Source: Owenia fusiformis
Lineage: Eukaryota
DNA: 64,000 nucleotides
Assembly (NCBI GenBank): GCA_903813345.2
Contig: CAIIXF020000001.1
Location: 15,624,001-15,688,000, forward strand
Direction of reading: 5' to 3'
This document shows positions 1 through 11,263 of the stretch, piece by piece. Under the pieces are notes generated by a model. It saw nothing but the letters and a program-made list of their open reading frames with translations. It was not told where the DNA came from and searched no databases. Position numbers and translations under genes: made by a program. Within the stretch, counting starts at the first letter, position 1. Every line of letters starts with the position of its first letter.

Positions 1-1889
1 AGTTGCCGGGAATATTCTATCTTTCTGACATCAGTTGCTGGGAATATTCTATCTTTCTGGGATGTCGTAAATATTCTAAGTTTCTCAGCCTCTTAGTCCC
101 TCGTCTGTAGATGAGACACTGGCATAGGAGCTCCTTCCTCTTCAAAAGTGGTGTACGTGTCTGCTAGGAGCGATCAGTGCTCTGCTTTTATACCCCAGAC
201 ATGTATGTAGCATGTACTAGGCACATGGCTTTCACGTGACTAATGGGCTGATGCAAGACCTAGTCAGTCCACTAGAATCCCAGGCAGGATATCACTAGTG
301 CAAAATAAACAACCATGGTGCAATGAGGAAATAACTTTTGCAAAATAAATGGCTTTGCTTAGCAATCACGATTTCTGCTGTTTAACACAAAACGAACACA
401 TATCTTGTAATGTATTAGCTAGATTAAGATATAAACTAGATAAATATAACAAAAACCAATCATCATTAGCTCTAATTATGGTGAAATTGCAAGGAAAAAC
501 GAGTAAGTGAATGTAGGTCAGCAGAGTTCTTCTACAGGAAGTGAGAAAAATGTACAGATAAAAACAAAAATAAATCTCACAGAAAATAGCAGTTAAAACG
601 ACTCCCTGTACATCTAAAGTGTTCCATACCTTAATGTAAGTATAACACAACCTTGACTGGGAAACACTTTCCTACTGTAAAAACTGTCTGAACTGCTAGA
701 AAATGGTATTTGACTCCAAAAATAAAAAATTGAAAAATTAAAAATTTGTTACAGTATGTAAGAATCATATACACGTCGAATTATTAGCATAAATGTCTCA
801 GTTTGAACGATAAATGGAAATATAACACTTCCGGGAAATTTTGTCACAAACGCCTTATGGACTTTTCTCTATTATATTCCCTATATTTTTAGAATATACC
901 ATTGATAGTGCTGACTGTGCTTCCGGGTTACTTGTGGGACTGAATATTTCCTAAAATTCCATTGGATGCCAAAAAGTTATGGGCGACTTCCGGTGGACAA
1001 AGTTGTTTTGAAAATATATGTATTTTGGACAATATCTCCATCAGTTGACTTTTAATTACGGTAAGTAGCATACCAAATTTTCCTGCTATAAGAGGCCTTC
1101 ACTATAGATATACATATTAGCACACGCAACACTAACATATCCCAAATATGAAGTAGAACTAGATATCTAATTTTGGACTTTTGAACGGAGATCAGAGATG
1201 GAATTTGCACATATTTCACTGATTTTGTTCACGGAGTCAAGATTGATTGTAGAAGTATCAGCACCTCACGAAAAGTTCCCCATACAACAGAAAATTTCAA
1301 GGACCACCCTCAGGAACGCCTATCGGTACACCATAAAGAATTACAAAAGCTATGGAAATTACTTGCTGTCGCACATGTAATAAATTCTTAACTCAGTGTA
1401 TTCAGTGCTCGATTTTCTCCGTCCTAGAAAGTCCAGATAAAGTGGAATTCGTGTCCATAATGACAAATAAGAACTTAAAAATTTGAAGTGGAATTCACAT
1501 TGCCGATGTGGATTGGCTCCCAGAATGCTGCAACATGACACGTGTCAGCTTTCAAAATGCTGTTCCGCCATTTTGAAATCTGTCATGAGTAAATAAGGTT
1601 ACTTGATGTTGCATTCTGGGAGTCAATCCTCCTTGGATCACAAATTCATGAAAACATTCGTTAGATTTGGTAGGGATTCATCCATCATTTGCAGGTATGA
1701 AGCTTTGGATTCATTTATTGTGCTACTTAAAGTCAATGGGAATTATTTTTCTACCACTTGGGAGAGTTTGAGACACGAAACTTAGAATTTAGCTCATTGT
1801 GACAACTTTTGAGGGTTGAGATTTATTTTTGCACCCCACTTTAGTGGAGTTGTCCTTGTTGTTGTTGGTATCCTGATGGCAGTATGGTG

Positions 1890-2473
1890 TAGAGGTGTCA
1901 AGTATTAACCGGTTAACCGGTTAACCGCCGATAATGCCTTGACCGGTCTGAGTTTTTATGGGCGGTTAGTTGACCGTGTATAATTCTGTTATTTCCCGCG
2001 CTTATTTTGCATGCTAATCCGTAAGGTTTTATGGTGTCAGTTTCACGTAAGCTACTCATACATGTCATAAGTCCCATAACTCCTTACAAACATCCAATCA
2101 GCAACTTTAATCCCTGCCACATTGCTTTCCCGCGCTTACTTTGCATTTTAATCTGTTTGTTTTTCAAGCGTCAGTTTCATGTGAGCTACTCATACATGTG
2201 ATAGGTCCGATAATTCCTTACAAACATCTAATCAGCAACTTTAATCCCTGCCACAATGCTTTCCCGCGCTTACTTAGATAGAATAGCGTAAAGCTTGACG
2301 AACGTAAAAAATAAACGCCGATATATCATTTTTCCATTTTTTCAACTTTCAAGATCGAAGATGAAGATTTCATTTGAAATTATAAGTTCAAATTTCCCGC
2401 CGGTTAACCGACTTTAACCGGTAAAAACCCCCGGTTAACCGGTTAATGCTCAAGCGGTTAATTGACACCACTA
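1890..2473. mobile_element. hAT-like MITE
   Basis: TIRs TAGAGGTGTCAA / TTGACACCACTA; perfect 8-bp TSD GTATGGTG (1882-1889, 2474-2481); subterminal CCGGTTAA repeats; internal ~130-bp direct repeats. Confidence 0.85.
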
Positions 2474-2495
2474 GTATGGTGCTATTATGGAGACC

Positions 2496-3204
2496 CTATC
2501 TGTTACAAGACTTATGCCTGGCACAACCGTCACCATGTTATTAAGTGTTTTTAAGTTTCGCAAGGATCCTGCCATGACCGTGGTAGTGTTATTGTGATAG
2601 CCTGATATAAACGTGACAATGCTATATTATATTGCATGGCCTGTCATGACTGTGGTAATGTTAAAGCCTGATATGACCGTAACAATGCTATACTATATTG
2701 CAAGGCCTGACATGACCGTGGTGGTAATGTTAAAGCCTGATATGACCGTGACAATGGTTGCAAGGCCTGTCATGACCGTGGTAATGTTAAAGCCTGATAT
2801 GACTGTGACAATGGTTGCAAGGCCTGTCATGACTGTGGTAATGTTAAAGGACAATATGACCATGACAATGGTTATATTAATTGACATTTAGTAGCATGAG
2901 AATACTGTAATGAAAAATTTCATAGTTTATCTTCCTTAATATGTAAATCTAGAATTATATATAATTCTAATCTCATTCAAGAACGTGAACATTGTTACGG
3001 TCATATCAGGGTTTGCCACAGTCATATAAGGCTTTAACATCACCACGGTCATGACAGGCCTTGTAATATAATATAGCATTGTCATGGTTATACCAGGCTT
3101 TCACGATAACAAAACCACGGTTATGGCAGGATCCTTGCGAAACTTAAAAACACTTAATAACATGGTGACGGTTGTGCCAGGCATATAAGTCTTGCAATAG
3201 ATAG
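2496..3204. mobile_element. Foldback-type element with long inverted arms containing a ~60-bp minisatellite
   Basis: Left arm ctatctgttacaagacttatgcctggcacaaccgtcaccatgttattaag... is the reverse complement of 3115-3204; the tandem unit gcaaggcctgtcatgaccgtggtaatgttaaagcctgatatgac repeats at 2630-2870 and recurs inverted at about 2990-3115. Confidence 0.75.
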
Positions 3205-3480
3205 CATGTGCTATTAATATTATGTCATCTATTAGTCTCTGTGCTGGTTAATCACTAGATTGCCATAACGCTGTGCCATTCTGATACTCATAGCATTTTT
3301 TCTGTTTCACCTGAAACATGCTCTGATATTATGAGGCACATTCTGTGATCTGAGCACATCAGATGGGAAGAATTACAACTGTCAATAAGTGTGATAGTTA
3401 TCATGTAATCATTTACCTTAATGCCAATATATGTAATTCATCATAAACTAAGATTTAATAAACTAAAATCTTTAAAATTG

Positions 3481-3801
3481 AACCCTTCAAAGACTGTATC
3501 GTGTCCAACGTACGTGGGTAGGTGGGTATGAGGTAGGAGGTTTTTTATACAAAGCCCTCCATAAGTTTGACAACCTTTTTCCCATAGGCTTAAAGCCCCT
3601 CCATCATGTCTATGTTTATATTTTTATTTTCATAACCTGCAATGAAAAAACTGATAATGAAGGCAGTGATGTAATTTGACTTTATATCCCATACGTCCAA
3701 ATTTTTTCAATTTTTTCCTCAATAACAATAGTTTGAAAATGGCTTTGTATAAAAAACCTTATAACCACTTGTGTGGGTTGTAATACAGTCTTTGAAGGGT
3801 T
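3481..3801. mobile_element. MITE-like inverted-repeat element
   Basis: 19-bp TIR aacccttcaaagactgtat / atacagtctttgaagggtt, plus an inner inverted pair ttttttatacaaagcc / ggctttgtataaaaaa. No clean TSD. Confidence 0.55.
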
Positions 3802-3880
3802 TAATTACACTCAAATTATTTGTACTGTAAAATTTGTCAAGTCAAAGATTAAATTAGTTTTGAATATGTAAGTGTAATTG

Positions 3881-4337
3881 TGTGATGACCTTCGATAGCA
3901 AGCCGCTACTACAGTATTGTAGTGGCTAGCCCTTATGGCTCAGGGGTAGAGCATCTGACTCGAGAGCGGGAGGTCCTGGGTTCGATTCCTGTATGGGGCA
4001 TTGAGTTTAGCACATTCTCTTTCGAGTCTAGTATCTGGCTCGGTACACTACAGCTCCCCGACGAGTGTGCCCAAGGGTCGTTACATTGGTGTCAGAAGTG
4101 GGATTGCCCTTGTGAATCAGTTACGACGGGACGTCATCTTCTAGGGGGGGATGGTGTGATGACCTTCGATAGCAAGTCGCTACTACAGTCTCAGCTGTAG
4201 TGGCTAGCCCTTATGGCTCAGGGGTATAGAGTCTGACTCGAGAGCGGGAGGTCCTCGGTTAGCACATTCTCTATCGAGTCTAGTATCTGGCTCGGTACAC
4301 TACAGCTTCCCGACGAGCGTGCCCAAGGGTCGTTACA
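3881..4337 (+). mobile_element. Non-autonomous LTR retrotransposon in miniature (TRIM) with tRNA-containing LTRs
   Basis: 5' LTR 3881-4085 and 3' LTR 4155-4337, both TGT...ACA; PBS TGGTGTCAGAAGTGGGAT at 4087-4104; PPT AGGGGGGGATGG at 4143-4154; flanks ATTG / TTTG (3 of 4 match). Confidence 0.92.
3929..4000 (+). pseudogene. tRNA-derived sequence (Pol III A/B boxes) inside the TRIM 5' LTR
   Basis: GCCCTTATGGCTCAGGGGTAGAGCATCTGACTCGAGAGCGGGAGGTCCTGGGTTCGATTCCTGTATGGGGCA: A box TGGCTCAGGGG, D stem GCTC/GAGC, B box GGTTCGATTCC; acceptor, anticodon and T stems are mismatched. The scaffold resembles tRNA-Lys(TTT). Confidence 0.75.
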
Positions 4338-5281
4338 TTTGCTTAACTTTGGATGATAATTCACTATCGATTCCAAATCGAAAATTGATGACTTTGATGA
4401 ACATTTGAAAATGGTCATTCCAATGTAAACCAACAATGAGAAAAAGTGGGCTTGGGGCAAATCAGATTTCAGGATATCTATTCAAGAAAGATTAAACCAA
4501 AAAATTATTTTATATACAAAATTAAATTGCCTAACTTTTTGCATGCTAAGTATTCAGTAAAATTTTGTGTTAATAAATGTGTTAGATAAAGTGAGCAAAT
4601 TCAATTGTCTACTTAACTTGTATTTTTTTGTTAGATGGTAAGATATTTTATCATATGATTTGCAGCAAACCTACCATTTCCCATTGGTTTACTTGGGAAT
4701 ACTAGTATCGATTTTCAAAAATTCATCAATTTTCAACTTATTGTAATTGAGGAAAAAATTAGAAAATATGAATAAAGTTACATATAAAAAATCAAACACA
4801 GAGTGAGACTTTGACAGATAAACCTATGGGGAAAAAGGTTGCCAAACTTATGGAGGGGAGTGTACCTGTAATAAGAGATTCTTCTTTACTTAGAGATGTC
4901 TGAATTGACTTTATTGCTGTATTAGATTTCACACTTTTATATGCTATTGACAATGCAGTTTAAGAAGTTGCTCTTTCAGTTAAGCACCCATGGGCATTTA
5001 AATGGGAGGGTCTGCTTGCGATCTAGTGAAAAATGTAGGGTGACTTATAAGGATGAAATATACTGAATACACAATATATAGTGAGTGATGTACCAGTCTC
5101 ATGGTTTATATTCATTGGGTTTTCTCAGTTTCTTTTTTGTATATGAGTTTCTTACAATCCTCAGTCCTTCTTACAATGTGTCCTCTTTAGATAAACCATG
5201 GCAATTGCTATATGCATTTGTGAAATAAATGTTACTCTCTCTTTTCCAGTAGAATCCTGATCTTCTAAGAAAACATACAGC

Positions 5282-5578
5282 ATGTCTGAGAAAGAATGGT
5301 GGCGTGAAAAGGCAGAAGAGGTTGTGATTTACGCAGGGACACACCCGTATGAATTCATTTACTATGTACTGCTGTGCCTCTCCCCTTTCTTCTTCATATC
5401 TGCACTGTTATCATGGCAACTAGCAAAGCAAATAGAGCAAAAAGAAAGAGCAGAGAAAAAACAGCGCAGGAGAGACGCTAACATAGCAAAAGTAAAAAGT
5501 AAACAAAAAGCCTCAGCAGATAAAGCAGTAGCATCATCTGAAAAGGCGGCCAAGGAGAAAGGCTCAAAGGCAGACTAG
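5282..5578 (+). CDS. SMIM15: Small integral membrane protein 15 (98 aa)
   Basis: YAGTHPYEFIYYVLLCLSPFFFISALLSWQLAKQIEQKERAEKKQRRRDANIAK matches the SMIM15 pattern (human [54 protein letters not shown]). A splice acceptor ttttccag ends at 5249, implying an upstream 5'UTR exon that I could not locate. Confidence 0.92.
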   Translation: MSEKEWWREKAEEVVIYAGTHPYEFIYYVLLCLSPFFFISALLSWQLAKQIEQKERAEKKQRRRDANIAKVKSKQKASADKAVASSEKAAKEKGSKAD

Positions 5579-6052
5579 AATGTTACAAAATCTAGGATGA
5601 CATTTTAATTCAGGTTGAAATAATCTTGAGATGCAAGGATTTAAGATGCAAAGATTTACATGTATTGTACACTCAACAGAAACCAGGCTCTTGTGATCGT
5701 CATTATGGATTATATTATTGTGCCACAGAATGATACATGACATGATGTATATAGAGTCTCCAGACTATAAAGAGAGTGAAATTTATTGCAAACCTTTACA
5801 ATTCAGCATGCAAGACATAACAGATTTGGTGAAATGACACATTAAACACACAAAATCTTCCATGTTTACAGTATATCAATGCCAATAGATTTCCTTTCCT
5901 TGGACAATATTTCATCATTGTTAATGTTAGTGAACATTCCATCTTGTTCAATGAATACATTAACCTTATCAGATGTAAAATTGTATGTGGGCAGAGCAGT
6001 GATGTCAGTTTACATGTTTGAGCAGTGGATCATCTGTTGAAGTATTCTAGAT

Positions 6053-6370
6053 GCTTCCTGGTCATCTCAACCCCAAGTCAACTCAACCCCTGTAAAACTC
6101 AACTCTTTCGTTTTGTTCCAATTTTTTCCATGCCTTGTATAGTTAATAATGAGCATGATCTCAGTTTAACTGTCTGTCAAATATTTTAACAAAGTATCAT
6201 TTAAAATATGCAAAATGCTAGATTTTTAACGTAAATGAACCAGAGAATTAAAGGCATTACAGAAATGATTGGGGCTGAGTTTTACAGGGTTGTGTTGACT
6301 TGAGGTTGAGTTTTACCGGGGTTGAGTTTTACTGGGGTTGAGGTGACTGTGGGTTGAGATGACCTGTCAC
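6053..6370. mobile_element. Mutator-like MITE downstream of the SMIM15 stop
   Basis: 9-bp TSD ATTCTAGAT (6044-6052, 6371-6379); G...C termini; inverted ggtcatctcaacc / ggttgagatgacc with short subterminal tandem units. Confidence 0.7.
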
Positions 6371-6911
6371 ATTCTAGATGAATAATATTATGTCCACTGC
6401 TATTGTAATTGGCTCAATCTCCATTCCAATAAAATGAAAAATATCAACATCGAAAATATGTAACTTAATCTCTGATGTTTAACCTATCATTTACTCGTCT
6501 CCTCATCAAAATACACAAATTTAAACTTTATTTCAGAAACAATTTATTTTCAACTTTCAAACAGTTCATGAATTCATGATAATACAGGTTATAGTGCAGT
6601 TTACTATGAAACAGCTTAATGTGTAACCTACATAAATTCTTAATTTATCAATTTAGTTGAACTTAATTTGCATTAGACCTTTATCTGCAAGTTACCCAAT
6701 TTAATCTGATAAAATAACTTGAACAAATGTATTCCCTGTCAATCATGAGTTTATATGCACATTTATATGTTGTATTCAGCTTACATTTTTTACTTGTAAA
6801 GGTCTCAATCATTCATTAATCATTGTCATCATTTTAATAAAATGTAAACTATTATTACGAAGTAGTAATAAAGATTATGAATAAATAAAATTCTTGTTAT
6901 TTACACCATAT

Positions 6912-7208
6912 CATGGGGACTATCCAGGCCCCGCTGACATCGCGAGCAATGAGTTCATGTTCGAAGCGGGGCTTAGAGAGATAAAATAAAATTGAAATAA
7001 AACATTTTCTATGAAACTTTTAGTAAGTGAAACTCAGTACAACTTTATTTCATAGTACAATTGCTATTTTAATGGCAGGGCAACAACGTTCTTCAACTAC
7101 AACTATATTTCATCATATCTCTCAAGGCCCTGCTTCTAGCATGAGCTCATTGCTCGCAATGTCAGTGGGAACTTGCTCGCGATTTACGGGACCTGGATAG
7201 TCACCGTG
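6912..7208. mobile_element. MITE-like inverted-repeat element
   Basis: catggggactatccagg...gacatcgcgagcaatgagttcatg is mirrored by catgagctcattgctcgcaatgtc...cctggatagtcaccgtg. No clear TSD. Confidence 0.6.
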
Positions 7209-7402
7209 CTTACATTGGATATGATCATTCATATTAATTAATGAAATTCAACAGGGACACTATATATGGCGAGAGCAACTTGATGTGGCATTGCCATTGA
7301 TTGTCACACTTTGTTTAATACAGTACACTGATGAGCTCAGGCAGTTTATTCAATTGTTCATTGTTATTAATATGTATTTCTTAATCAGTGACATATCCTG
7401 CG

Positions 7403-10400
7403 TCACCTGTTATTGCTGCTATTTTGCTTGGTCTCTCCAGGACTAATTTCATATTCTTCATAAGTTGGATATTTTTCTGGAATTAAATGAACATTCGCAT
7501 AAGGTTAGTTGATAGAGCATTTTACATATTTTGGGCTCGTACAAAATCATGGAGGATCAGATCCCAGGGTTTACAACACAATATTTTAATCTCCAAGCTT
7601 TCGTTCAATCCTGATTTCTACAGCACAAATGAACTGCAAGCAGAATGGCTGATGTTCTTGTGAAATCAATGACAACAATGAAAATGCTATTGTCTGACAT
7701 TTATAACTGGCTATAAATTCATAATCGGTGATCCAAAAGATTTGAACTGATATCTTGATCATTTCTTGTATTTTGAAATTTTTTGTTTGAACAAAAAACC
7801 AAAAGTCACCATATAGGACAGAATATCAAGTTGGGAACCAATCCTCCTAGTACAAAGAATATTAGACGGTTAGATCCTCTATGAAATGAACACTCATCTA
7901 CAACGAAGAGTTTCGGAAAGTAAATAGAACATTCCCTCTACACAGGTTTCACTGTATTTGCTGAATTATCTTAAGTTTATAACTTACTATTGTTAGAATG
8001 TCAGAAATTTTGTGATACCAACATGCACATCCGATCCTTCAAAAAATTGGGCTGTTTTATGATTATGATACTTTTTAACATGCCTTGTGCAGATATGCAG
8101 GTAAAAAATGGCCAATACATTGATAATTAAAAAAACTACTGAATTCCTGCATAGGAAAAATATAACTTAAACGAAAGTAGGCATATTCTCTCTAATGAGC
8201 GCATAATGCAGTTTCCAAATTAAAAATTAAAAGGGTAACAAGATATTGAGAGATTTCAATAAGCGTTCATACAAAAAATTCAGAAAAATATGGCCAATAA
8301 TCTTTAGTTGTTATCACTAAAGTTTACAGACCCTACAGCTTCTGTATTGCTTTCTCTGCATTAAATATAACCATCAATTTATATCTTGTTGTGTAATAAT
8401 CAAAACTTATGCACTTCACGTTTTCTTGAGGCCTTAAGTATTAAAGTTGGGCTCATTGGAACTGTTCGCTTATGAGAGAGAATTAACAGTGGGTCATCAT
8501 TTTAAGAAAATTGTTTAGGCTACTTACTTTGTTGCTCTAGTCTGGCCTCAGGTGTCTCACTTTCTCTGTGAATTTCTCCAGTTTCTGCCATCTCATCAGA
8601 CACCTGCAAATAACATTGATCACATTCACAATTTTTAAGTTGATTCTAATTTATAATTGATTTTTGAATAAACTGGACATCTCCTTTCAATCGCTGCCAC
8701 TTCTTATTTAATCATATTTTCAGGCCCTAATCCATATATTTGAATGATGATGTTAGATGCTTACTCTTTTATATTCTGCTTCTAGTCTCTTCCCTTTCTG
8801 CTGCTTCATCATCATAATTGCTGTGTTTCTTGAAATCTCCTGAAAAATAATGAACAATTAGGCCTATCATAATTTAAATACATTGAAGCCTCATTGGGGG
8901 AAGGTTTGAGTACACTATGACTATAACACATATCATGAGATTTGACCTTACGGTGAACTTAGTAGTCAAATACCGGACTAGACAGGTTTGAGGCAATTTT
9001 TCAAAAGAGCAAAAAATGATATTTGAGGTTTTCCAATATATTCCATATATTACAGTATAACATAACCAATGGATTTAGCTATTTCGCTTTATTTGTACAG
9101 TGAAACCTATGAAGTGGAACACCTCTAGAAATGGAACACCTCCTAGTGGAGCATTTTTCAGAGTCCCAAACATGTTGAATAAACCTGTCCTCTAGAAGTG
9201 GAACACCTCCCAAGTGGAACACTTTTTAGGGGTAGGGGTACCAAAGGTGTTCCACTAAGACAGGTTTTACTGTATAATATATCACAAACAAACAGACATT
9301 TTAACCTGGAGTAGGGATCCACCACCAATCAAATTATTTTAAAAGCTACGCATATCTAAATGAGAATGTTCATTTCATCCTAGTTGAGGGTCGTAAAACT
9401 AATTGAGAGAATACCACTTGAGACAGAATAGCAGTGACAATAGAATATAATGTAACACTTTGTAATGTTTTAGCATCAACGCTTTGTAATGTTTCAACAT
9501 CAATATATATCACAATTAAAATCATGTACCCTCCAAACTGATAATATCAGATCACAAAATGTAACCAAAATCCATCATCTGCCAAACACCAAACGTCAAA
9601 CACCATCCACAAAAAATAGAGACTATAACAATATGTCACCACTTGTGTTGGTTACATTAAAACAGAAAGATATGAGAGTATCCGAACAATGAAGTGTGGA
9701 TGAAGAGATAATTTAACAAACCTCCACTGAAGGTGGCTCACTTCGCCTGTTCTGTAACCAAGCTGCAACGATATAAAAAGCTGCTGTTAGAGTATTATTT
9801 ACCAACAGATGCGTCAATGAACATGTGCATAAAAATAAAATAGGTTCATTTGTGTTTTCCTCAGCATTGTCCTGTTAGGTGAAAACATTATGTAGTAATG
9901 TAGGGTCATAAAACATTTTTATCTTCCAGTCAATGTGGGAATCAAACTACTGGGATCAAAATCGTTTCATGAGCACCAAATCTGCATGAATATTGTGACT
10001 GTAAAAACGTATCAATTGCTCTTTTCTTCAATATACATTCTTAGATTAATTTCCTTTACCTGTCCATTCTGTTGGCATCTCTGGATTGTCCCACTCATCG
10101 CCACTTGCAGGCTCAACCCAGCGAATATCTTTTCTTGCACTTGATGCATCTAAAAACACATGTACATGAAGAGCATCTTTGAACATGCCCTAAGCATGAG
10201 TACATGCATCTGTGATTACATGTATGCTTGGAATCTTTATCCATCACATGAATATATTTCCATGTTAATATGTAAATAAAACAAAGTGACCCGGGCTCAG
10301 TGACTGACAATGAACTCACCAAGAGGAAGAAAAAAAACACAGGCCCGTAGCCAGAGGGAGAGCTGAGGGAGCGGAAGCTCCCCCCCCTGGCCAGAAATTC

Positions 10401-10915
10401 TTTTAAAATCATGCAGTTTTTCACCATTCTGAGAATTTTTCGCATGATTTTTTGCCAAAATTTTGAAAAAGCTCCCCCTTGGAAAAAAGCTCCCCCTCCT
10501 GATAAAAGCTGGCTACGGGCAAGGTTGTGATGCTTTAATCGATGTAAGCATATTCCTTACATTTTTCTTTATCTTGATGTGAAATAACAACAAAATATGA
10601 TATTGGTTAACCCCGGAAAATAACATAATATTGTATTTGAAGTGATATTAGAAAATTGTGAATCCACCATTTTTGTATATCGATTTTGGACCAATCAGAG
10701 ACGCGTGTCATCTCAATACAGGTTTACATCATAAGCATACTACATCTTGGAACCCTGTGGTAAATCCTCCCCTGGAACTCACCTTTCAATTTTTCGAAGT
10801 ACTTATTTCCTAAATGATCTTGGCCAATGAATCTAGTTTTCTTCAGTCCAGTTGCCGGTGTCAAACTTTTGGCAAGATTTTGAATAGCTTTTCTGAAGTA
10901 ACCAGCTTTTGCCAT
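7403..10915 (-). CDS. NDUFAF2: Complex I assembly factor NDUFAF2 / mimitin (NDUFA12 family), about 162 aa
   Basis: Six GT-AG exons 10915-10783, 10149-10060, 9762-9722, 8839-8765, 8603-8528, 7476-7403 join in frame (489 nt). Motifs IGQDHLGNKYFE, RWVEP, PTEWTAWLQNRRSEPPSVEEI, YPTYEEYEISPG. Confidence 0.9.
9098..9272. mobile_element. Tc1/mariner-pogo-type MITE in an NDUFAF2 intron
   Basis: TA|CAGTGAAACCT ... AGGTTTTACTG|TA, with internal gtggaacacctc repeats. Confidence 0.75.
10343..10520. mobile_element. Short GC-rich MITE
   Basis: TIR gcccgtagccag / ctggctacgggc; a related terminus gggcgtagccagggg lies near 53483. Confidence 0.55.
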
Positions 10916-11263
10916 TTCAAATATTGTCAATAATCAGACAGAAATGTGAGTTATGTAACTGTGTCAGCAAAATATGCTTAACATTGTCGTTGGGATCATG
11001 AATTTCCACAGTTTCAAATAAATTTCTCTAGATTTTAACTCCTCGTCGACATCCGGGCTACTTGAACAGACTCAAACCAAAAAATTTCCTGTCCTAGCTT
11101 CTGATTCGTCAATTAATTGCACGATTTAGAATCTTGACCAATCAAATCTACCGTTGTGTACACATTCGGTACGGAAACAAAATATTGAAATTTTTGTTAA
11201 AAAATATTTTGCCACAAATGTCTTGAAAGACGGGTGTTTTAGACAAATCGAATATTGAACAAG
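10916..11263. promoter_or_regulatory. Probable bidirectional promoter NDUFAF2 / TRIR
   Basis: Only 348 bp separate the divergent ATGs; CCAAT motif (gaccaatc) near 11136. Confidence 0.65.

Noticed and set aside
1510-1629. Short inverted repeat as an ncRNA hairpin
   Set aside because: Only ~25-bp imperfect arms within repeat-like DNA; no recognisable RNA family features.
2613-2891. Repetitive ORFs on both strands
   Set aside because: Translation of the minisatellite within the foldback element.
3929-4000. Functional tRNA gene (anticodon position reads CGA)
   Set aside because: Acceptor, anticodon and T stems are mispaired, there is no long variable arm as tRNA-Ser requires, and it sits inside an LTR.
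3922-4460. ORFs 3922-4200 and 4218-4460
   Set aside because: Incidental frames across the non-coding TRIM; no gag/pol motifs.
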